Shown here one piece after another: positions 17,242 to 23,535 of a DNA stretch of 23,535 bases; position 1 is the first letter of the stretch, and every line of letters starts with the position of its first letter. The stretch is from the NCBI GenBank assembly GCA_029856435.1, contig JAHQXB010000150.1, positions 1 to 23,535 of the forward strand, written 5' to 3'. The position numbers were made by a program, and so were the translations under genes. Under the pieces are notes generated by a model. That model did not search any database and had not been told where the DNA came from. It saw only the letters and a program-made list of their open reading frames with translations. Source of the DNA: Candidatus Jordarchaeia archaeon (GTDB lineage Archaea > Asgardarchaeota > Jordiarchaeia > Jordiarchaeales > Jordiarchaeaceae).

Positions 17242-17754
17242 ATGAATGTGATAAAGGGAAAAGTTTGGAAGTTTGGAGACAATATTGATACTGACATAAT
17301 ATCTCCATCCAAATACATAGAGGCCTCAATGGACGAACAAGTGAAGCACGTCATGGAGGCTATAAATCCGAAATTTCCCCAAGAAGTGAAACCGGGAGAT
17401 ATCATAGTTGCGGGAAGAAACTTCGGCTGTGGCTCAAGCAGAGAAACGGCACCAGACCTGATAAAGAGACTGGGAATAGCAGCAGTTGTTGCGGAGTCTT
17501 TTGCCCGAATATTTTTCCGAAACTCAGTAGCCATCGGCCTACCCATACTAGTATGCCCAAAAGTCTCTGAAGCATTCAGTGAGGGAGACACCCTAGAACT
17601 GGACTTGGAAAAAGCCATCGTTAAAAATACAACCAAAAACATCACACTAGAGGGAATCCCCTTATCCCTAGACATGCTCAAAGTCCTAGAAAAGGGGGGA
17701 ATACAACCACTTCTCAAAGAGATGGCACAAGCCCAAAAATTAACTATTAAATGA
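17242..17754 (+). CDS. leuD: 3-isopropylmalate dehydratase/homoaconitase-family small subunit (LeuD/HacB type)
   Basis: GKVWKFGDNIDTD, AGRNFGCGSSRE, AESFARIFFRN..GLP. The symbol is a family label. Confidence 0.9.
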   Translation: MNVIKGKVWKFGDNIDTDIISPSKYIEASMDEQVKHVMEAINPKFPQEVKPGDIIVAGRNFGCGSSRETAPDLIKRLGIAAVVAESFARIFFRNSVAIGLPILVCPKVSEAFSEGDTLELDLEKAIVKNTTKNITLEGIPLSLDMLKVLEKGGIQPLLKEMAQAQKLTIK

Positions 17755-18290
17755 AAGTGGATTATGAATTGTGGCTTTTCCTAATAGCAGTTGCTAACAG
17801 ATGAGCTGAATGCGATAAATATACTAAAATTAATATAACTTATTTTTTAGTTGAGGAATTCACAATTATACCAATAGGCAAATTTGAAATAAACAATAAC
17901 TTTTATGCACTTCAAAAAAGGGTGGAAACAGATTTTCTGGCACAATTAATTTGGTGTCGCCTGCTGCGTGTTGTTTGTTTTTCGGCTTTCATCATCCCTT
18001 GATGTGCCCTTTTTGGCTTTTTTGCCCCACAGAATAACTTAAAATGAGCTTCAATATGGGGACGCAGGACGCAACTCAAACATGCACCCAAAAGGTGACA
18101 CTCAGTTAAACTGTGCTGATTTTCTGACCGAAAATTGAAATCAATAACTATGGAGTGCTCAATATTTAACACTCCTAAGACCTGAAGCCAAGGGGCCTTT
18201 CTTAACAAAGATTCTAGGAAAAATTTACTAGGGAATGGATGCTTGCAAGTTCCACAAAATAACCATATAAAATGTGGAAAAACGAGTTTG

Positions 18291-18965
18291 TTAGGAGTTT
18301 TCCCTCAATTCTGAGTTCAGGCTCTGTTGGAATTCTTTTCGGGCTTTTTGAAGGAGGGTTATAACTTCACTATCGCTGGTCTGGCTAAAATCGTAGTAGA
18401 ATTGGCCCACAGCTTCGAATGGCTCCTGAGTGATTAGTGAAATTACCTCGTCAGCCTCCTCCTCAACCTTTTTCACCGCACTTGGGGGCCCTACCGGGAC
18501 TGCTACCACAATTTTTTTGGGTTTCTGTTTTCTTATTGAGCGGATGGCCGCCCTCATGGTGACTCCGGTTGCCAGTCCATCATCCACCAGAATAACAGTC
18601 TTGTTTTTTACTGGGATGGGTTGCAGATCTCCACGGTAAGTTTTTGTTCTTCTTTCAATTTCCTTAATCTGCCTTTCGGCTTCCTCCCGAACGTATTCGT
18701 CTGAGAAGGTCACATATCTTTTTATTTCGGGATCGATTATTATGGTTCCGTCCTGTGTAACGGCGCCTATGCCGAGTTCGGGATCGATGGGGGAGGGTAT
18801 TTTGCGGGGAACAACTATATCTAGAGGGGCGCCCAGTTCTTTGGCTACTTCATAGCCCACAACCACGCCTCCCCTGGGAATAGCTAGAACGACTGTGTTG
18901 CTTCCCTTATACTTTAACAACTCTTTAGCCAATTTTTCACCTGCGTCGGCCCTGTTCCTAAACAT
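18291..18965 (-). CDS. Predicted phosphoribosyltransferase (COG1926-like)
   Basis: MFRNRADAG, LAIPRGGV, VPRKI...PELGIGAV, PRPP-binding motif VILVDDGLATG, AVGQFYYDF.Q.SD.EV. Confidence 0.88.
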   Translation of the reverse strand: MFRNRADAGEKLAKELLKYKGSNTVVLAIPRGGVVVGYEVAKELGAPLDIVVPRKIPSPIDPELGIGAVTQDGTIIIDPEIKRYVTFSDEYVREEAERQIKEIERRTKTYRGDLQPIPVKNKTVILVDDGLATGVTMRAAIRSIRKQKPKKIVVAVPVGPPSAVKKVEEEADEVISLITQEPFEAVGQFYYDFSQTSDSEVITLLQKARKEFQQSLNSELRENS

Positions 18966-19132
18966 TTATTTCACCAAAATCGGGTGTTTCCAAAGAATGT
19001 CCCCACGGTATTTGGGGTTACGATTTTTATTTCATTTACAATTTTCCTTTCAGATTTGATTTTTTACGTTATTTTTATATTTTAAACTTGTGATAGTGTT
19101 TTCTGCCCTAAATTCTTATGGGGTGTGTGTTT

Positions 19133-20581
19133 TTGCCTAAGGATTTGGTGTCTGAGATCGATGAGATTTTTAGGCCACGGTCTGTGGCTGTGGTCGGTGT
19201 GAGCGATAGGGCTAACAGGCTAGGAAACATATTATTGTACAGTTTTGTGGACATGGGATTTGAGGGAATGATTTATCCTGTTAACCCCAAGGAAGAGACC
19301 GTTATGGGTTTTAAATGCTATCCAAGCGTGAGAGATATTGAGGGCCCTGTTGACCTCGTGGTGGTTTCGGTAAATCCGAAATATGTTCCCGAAATAGTTG
19401 ACGACTGTGTTGCCAAGGGGGTTAAAGCCGTTGTTATTTTCAGCGCGGGTTATAGGGAGAGAGATGAGGAGGGAAAAAAGAAGGAAATGGAGCTTGTGGA
19501 AAGGGCGCGGGCGGGCGGTGTGCGAATAATTGGTCCAAACTGTATGGGGCTGTACTCTCCCTCATCCAAGATTTCTTTCTTCCCTGGTATGCCTAAGGAG
19601 AAGGGTGAGGTGGCCTTCCTATCTCAGAGTGGTTCACTGGCAAACATAATGGGGTTTTTCGCTAGCTTGAGGGGAATACGCTTTAGTAAAATGATTAGCG
19701 TGGGAAACGCCAGCGACTTGGACGTAAACGACTTTTTAGAATACTTGGGAAGCGACCCCGAGACAAAATTAATCGCATGCTACATTGAGGGGATAGAGGA
19801 TGGACGTAGATTTTTCAAATTGGCCCAAGAGATATCAAAGAGGAAACCTATTATTGTTTGGAAAGTTGGGGAAACCGAAGGAGGAAACCGGGCGGTAAGG
19901 TCTCACACTGGTTCGCTTTCGGGCTCGAGGGAAATCTGGGACGCGGTAATTAAGCAGACTGGCTTGATAAGAGTGGAAAACCATATTGAACTCATCGGCT
20001 TCATAACTGCTTTTCAAAACCCCTACCTCCCAAGAGGAAACAGGGTGGTGGTCATGTCTGGTCCTGGGGGTCCTGCAGTGTCCACTGCCGATGCTTGCGA
20101 GAAGGCGGGGCTCAAATTGGTTAAGCTTTCAGAAGAGACTAAAAAGAAGCTGACTGAAATTATTCCAGAATTTGGAACCAGCGTGTCAAATCCTGTAGAC
20201 CTCAGTCTCTCCTCATCATTTGATGTGGAAATGTATCCCAAAGCCACAGAGATATGTGGCCTAGACGAAAACGTGGACATGCTTGTTGAAGTGATTCCCG
20301 CCATGAACAAACAAGTTATTGAGCGATTAATAGAAGTTCAGAAAACGGTCAGGAAACCAATAGCAGTTATAACGTCCATAGAGTTTGTAACAGCAGGTTC
20401 ACAACTCAGTAAATTGTTTGGAGTAATAAGCCCAGAAGAACTAACTCAAACACTCATGGAAATGTATCACTCGGGAATTTCGGTACATTCATCAGAGCAG
20501 GAGGCAGCAAAAGCGTTAATGGCACTTCTAAAATACAAAGAATTCCTAGACAAGAATGCTAGGCAAATGGATGGAAGCTGA
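19133..20581 (+). CDS. acdA: ADP-forming acyl-CoA synthetase alpha subunit (CoA-binding), paralogue 1
   Basis: FRPRSVAVVG, IIGPNCMG, SQSGS, SVGNASD, phospho-His motif SHTGSL, NPVDL. Likely TTG start at 19133 (MPKDLV parallels MSKDVV of paralogue 2); the track starts at 19118. No ATP-grasp domain. Confidence 0.88.
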   Translation: MPKDLVSEIDEIFRPRSVAVVGVSDRANRLGNILLYSFVDMGFEGMIYPVNPKEETVMGFKCYPSVRDIEGPVDLVVVSVNPKYVPEIVDDCVAKGVKAVVIFSAGYRERDEEGKKKEMELVERARAGGVRIIGPNCMGLYSPSSKISFFPGMPKEKGEVAFLSQSGSLANIMGFFASLRGIRFSKMISVGNASDLDVNDFLEYLGSDPETKLIACYIEGIEDGRRFFKLAQEISKRKPIIVWKVGETEGGNRAVRSHTGSLSGSREIWDAVIKQTGLIRVENHIELIGFITAFQNPYLPRGNRVVVMSGPGGPAVSTADACEKAGLKLVKLSEETKKKLTEIIPEFGTSVSNPVDLSLSSSFDVEMYPKATEICGLDENVDMLVEVIPAMNKQVIERLIEVQKTVRKPIAVITSIEFVTAGSQLSKLFGVISPEELTQTLMEMYHSGISVHSSEQEAAKALMALLKYKEFLDKNARQMDGS

Positions 20582-20719
20582 CAAGCCAAAAATTTGGGGG
20601 CCGCCTTACCTCAGCGTGGAAGGACTCTTAGATAAGTGAGGGCTGATAATTGTTTCGTTAGTTTTATATCCTAAAATGAATAAAATGTGTTTCGCATTTG
20701 TTCTCTGGGATGAGTCATC

Positions 20720-22162
20720 TTGTCTAAAGATGTGGTTTCCCAAATAGACGCCCTATTTCACCCTAAATCTATTGCGGTGTTCGGTGTTAGCGGTAAAAAA
20801 CTTAAATTGGGGAACTTCCTCCTCCAAAGCTTCATAGATATTGGATATGATGGAAAACTCTTCCCCATAAGCCCCGATGATGAAACAGTAATGGGCCTAA
20901 AGGCCTATTCCCGCCTTAAAGAAATCAGGGAACCTGTTGACCTTATAGTGATTTCTGTACGGCCAGATAAAGTGCCCCAAATAATTGAGGAAGCCGTCCA
21001 TAAGGGGGTCAAGGGAGCGGTCATTTTTACTTCAGGCTACGGGGAGAAGGGCGCCGAGGGAAGGCGGAGAGAGAAGGAGCTGGTTAATATTGCTAGAAAG
21101 GGCAACCTGAGGATAATTGGCCCCAACTGTATGGGCTTCTACTGTCCCTCCACAAAGCTGTCATACTTTCCGGGTTTATCTGGGGAGAGTGGACCCATAG
21201 CTTTTATTTCCCAGTCTGGTTCCCTATCCAACATTGTTGCCTTTGCAGGTAACCTGAATGGCTTGTTCTTTAGCAAAATGGTTAGCATTGGAAATTCATG
21301 CGATTTAGACTTTAATGATTTCCTTGAATACTTTGGAGAGGATCCAGAAACTAGAGTCATTGCTTGTTACCTGGAAGGGGTTTCAGACGGGCGAAGATTT
21401 CTCAAGCTAGCAAAAAAGATTTCCACGAAAAAGCCCATCATCGTTTGGAAGGCTGGTTATACACAGGGCGGCGCTAGAGCCGCGGGTTCACACACCGGCT
21501 CCATTGCTGGAAACAGAGAAATATGGGATGCTGTTTTCAAACAAGCAGGACTGATACGGGTGGAAAACCTTTCTGAATTATTTGGACGCTTGGGCGCATT
21601 CATCAACCCTTATTTGCCAAGGGGGAACCGCGTGGCAGTTGTTTCCGCTCCCGGGGGGCCTGCGGTTTCCACATCTGATGCTTGTGAACAGGCTGGACTA
21701 AAGCTGGCAGTATTCTCAGAGGACACCAAAACTAAACTTTCAAAATTATTCCCTGAACTTGGAACCAGCGTCTCCAACCCTGTTGATATGGGTCTCAGTG
21801 TAGCCTTTGATAAAACAATTTATCCGCGTTGTGCAGAAATCGTGGGGCAGGATGAGAATGTAGATATGATATTGATATTCCACTTCGTGATAGATGAGGA
21901 ATACGCGGAGAGCCTAATAGCGGTTCAAAATAAAATCAGGAAGCCCATGGCTATTGCTACAAACATGGAACAATTAAAAGGGAAAGATTTTGGTCAAACA
22001 TTCAAAACTATTAACCCAGACAATCTGCCCAAAATACTAAGAAGACTCTACGAGTCAGGAATTTCGATGCACTACACCGAGCAGAGCGCGGCGAAAACAT
22101 TGATGGCGCTACTAAAATACAAAGAATTCCTAGACAAAAATAGGCAAGAAACAGAAAGTTAA
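20720..22162 (+). CDS. acdA: ADP-forming acyl-CoA synthetase alpha subunit (CoA-binding), paralogue 2
   Basis: FHPKSIAVFG, IIGPNCMG, SQSGS, SIGNSCD, SHTGSI, NPVDM. Colinear with paralogue 1. Confidence 0.88.
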   Translation: MSKDVVSQIDALFHPKSIAVFGVSGKKLKLGNFLLQSFIDIGYDGKLFPISPDDETVMGLKAYSRLKEIREPVDLIVISVRPDKVPQIIEEAVHKGVKGAVIFTSGYGEKGAEGRRREKELVNIARKGNLRIIGPNCMGFYCPSTKLSYFPGLSGESGPIAFISQSGSLSNIVAFAGNLNGLFFSKMVSIGNSCDLDFNDFLEYFGEDPETRVIACYLEGVSDGRRFLKLAKKISTKKPIIVWKAGYTQGGARAAGSHTGSIAGNREIWDAVFKQAGLIRVENLSELFGRLGAFINPYLPRGNRVAVVSAPGGPAVSTSDACEQAGLKLAVFSEDTKTKLSKLFPELGTSVSNPVDMGLSVAFDKTIYPRCAEIVGQDENVDMILIFHFVIDEEYAESLIAVQNKIRKPMAIATNMEQLKGKDFGQTFKTINPDNLPKILRRLYESGISMHYTEQSAAKTLMALLKYKEFLDKNRQETES

Positions 22163-22496
22163 AATTCAAATTTTATGAGGATACCCAGCATTGCTATAGA
22201 ATTATGCTTAAGGCTCTCTGTTATCAATTTTTCACGAAACAAACCTTAATCACGCCTCCTCTTTTCGGCTTCCAATATTTTTTGGGGTGAAACTCAAGAA
22301 GAGGAAATAGGGCTTATGAATCACCGAAAACCCATAAACATTAAGTTCTACACATCAACCTTGAAAAAACTGTTATAACTGTTTTTACAGTATGTCTCTA
22401 TCTAGTTGACTTTTTTGGTAGTATGACAAATTTCCCAAAAAGAACGGAGTGTGATTGAGGTGAAGTGGATAACAAGGTTAACTGAGCTTATAGGCT

Positions 22497-22650
22497 CTGA
22501 CATACTCCCACCCATAAATGGTGTGGGGTTCTACGCCTCTATCTCTATTGATAGGAGCGAAGGGCGTGCCACCGCCCCGTTTACGACTCCCGCAGGGATT
22601 ATCTCACCCTTGAGCGAGCCCTATATTTACGCAGCCTACCGCATCCCTGT
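22497..22650 (-). ncRNA. Putative TnpB omegaRNA scaffold (5' boundary approximate); guide would continue into the flank 22496-22477
   Basis: Stacked hairpins after the tnpB stop: TCCC-TGC-GGGA, GGGCG-GTGGCA-CGCCC, CGC.CTATC-AATAGA-GATAG.GCG, then the right-end hairpin. omegaRNAs are known to derive from this region of the element. Confidence 0.7.
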
Positions 22651-23533
22651 GCGCCTCAAGCTTGCACTCTAAGCACTTAAATAGCCTTCCTCTCTTCGCT
22701 ATATGCTTCGAATGGCATCGCGGGCATTCACTGCTAGAACCCCCCTCATCCTCTCTTCGCACTCTCACCCCATACTCCTCTGCTTTCTCTCCTATTCTTC
22801 GGTACAGGTAGCCAATTGACCAGAAGTTGTGTATCATCGCATTCGATTTATGACAGAAGTCTGCACTCTCCCTTATCCTCCTCAGATCGCCACAGACTAT
22901 CTCGCCTACACCCTGCTCCCAGCATCGCTTGACGAAATCCGCAACGATCTTGTTTATCTTATCTCTTAATCGTTTCCTCCTCTTACGATACAGCTTCCTC
23001 AGTCTCTTACTGCTCCTCTTACCTATCTTTGCAAGCTCCTCCTGGCACTCCGCTATCTGCTTTGATAGATACCACCAATCAGCAAGCATCGGATTCGCCT
23101 TGTATCCGAAGATTATGCCTTCTACATATGCCACTATCGGGCACTTCACTCCAAGGTCAATGTATGCTTTCTTACTACCTTTTGGCTGATGTGGAGGTTC
23201 AACCTCTACTGGCGTGTAGCATACCCATTGACCTTCGAGCGCATCGTAAACAATCTCAAGCCTGCATTGCTTACCTTTCCATTTGTTCCGTCCTTTCCAT
23301 CGTACCTTGAGCCCAGAAGGCAGTTTGAGATGCTTCCTGTCGAGTTTGTATGAATCCGGGCGGATGAGGGTGCGCAGTATTCGTTTGCCTGTGGTTCTGT
23401 CCTTCCAGTAGCTCGGCGGATGTGGCTTATCCTTTATCTTGCCCACTTTATATGCCTTTAGCAGGGTGAAAAATGATTTCCAGGCTTCGTTATTCTTGTT
23501 TATTATTTGCTGTGCGGTTGCGGAGCCTATCAA
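22604..23533 (-). CDS. tnpB: RNA-guided endonuclease TnpB (5'-truncated by the window edge)
   Basis: NNEAWKSFF, PPSYWK, RuvC-I AYIDLG, IVCGDL, zinc finger CPRC...CLEC, RuvC-III HRDAVGCVNI. The true start lies beyond 23535. Confidence 0.92.
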   Translation of the reverse strand: MIGSATAQQIINKNNEAWKSFFTLLKAYKVGKIKDKPHPPSYWKDRTTGKRILRTLIRPDSYKLDRKHLKLPSGLKVRWKGRNKWKGKQCRLEIVYDALEGQWVCYTPVEVEPPHQPKGSKKAYIDLGVKCPIVAYVEGIIFGYKANPMLADWWYLSKQIAECQEELAKIGKRSSKRLRKLYRKRRKRLRDKINKIVADFVKRCWEQGVGEIVCGDLRRIRESADFCHKSNAMIHNFWSIGYLYRRIGEKAEEYGVRVRREDEGGSSSECPRCHSKHIAKRGRLFKCLECKLEAHRDAVGCVNIGLAQG

Positions 23534-23535
23534 GT

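Larger units (their letters stand above)
22497..23535 (-). mobile_element. IS200/IS605-family element (tnpB-bearing), right part only; left end outside the window
   Basis: The tnpB ORF is followed by right end GAAC, hairpin CCCACACCATTTATGGGTGGG, AGTATG, TCAG (ending 22497). This layout matches the IS608-type right end, and GAAC/TCAG obeys the guide-cleavage pairing rule. Confidence 0.85.

Noticed and set aside
17751-17804. 17-aa ORF MKVDYELWLFLIAVANR overlapping the leuD stop (ATGA)
   Set aside because: The coupling-type overlap is suggestive, but a 17-codon ORF is common by chance and there is no other support.
17912-18208. 98-aa minus-strand ORF downstream of the PRTase
   Set aside because: No recognisable motif or RBS, and atypical composition. 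No pseudogene was recognisable in the other frames.
20590-20645. Short GC-rich stem potential (CCTCA...TGAGG) between the acdA paralogues
   Set aside because: A single weak stem with no tRNA or known-RNA features.
22929-23310. Plus-strand ORFs within tnpB
   Set aside because: Antisense shadows of tnpB.

Overview
This looks like a 23.5-kb region from an anaerobic archaeon: group II chaperonins, GGAGG/GGTGA ribosome-binding sites, TATA-like AT-rich intergenics, and no rRNA, tRNA or CRISPR that I could see. An Asgard- or Bathyarchaeia-like host is plausible but cannot be determined from this window. Left part (1-10.4 kb): a corrinoid-dependent methyl-transfer cluster, made of a truncated corrinoid protein, an MtrH-family methyltransferase and a RACo-type ASKHA reductive activator. 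Interleaved with it are a dsrEFH-like trio, a PNPOx-like flavoprotein and two divergent group II chaperonin genes, one of which is a head-to-tail fusion of two complete chaperonin domains. This is the best candidate for an undescribed system. Middle: an FAD-linked oxidoreductase (probably starting at CTG) paired with an HdrD/GlcF-like Fe-S protein, a 311-bp ORF-less IS200/IS605 derivative with both ends recognisable, a V4R-like protein, and a LeuB/LeuC/LeuD-family operon with no synthase. Right: a COG1926-type PRTase, two tandem ADP-forming acyl-CoA synthetase alpha subunits, and the 3' part of an IS200/IS605 tnpB with a rearranged RuvC site and an omegaRNA/right end. All family calls come from motifs read by eye; no database searches were run.
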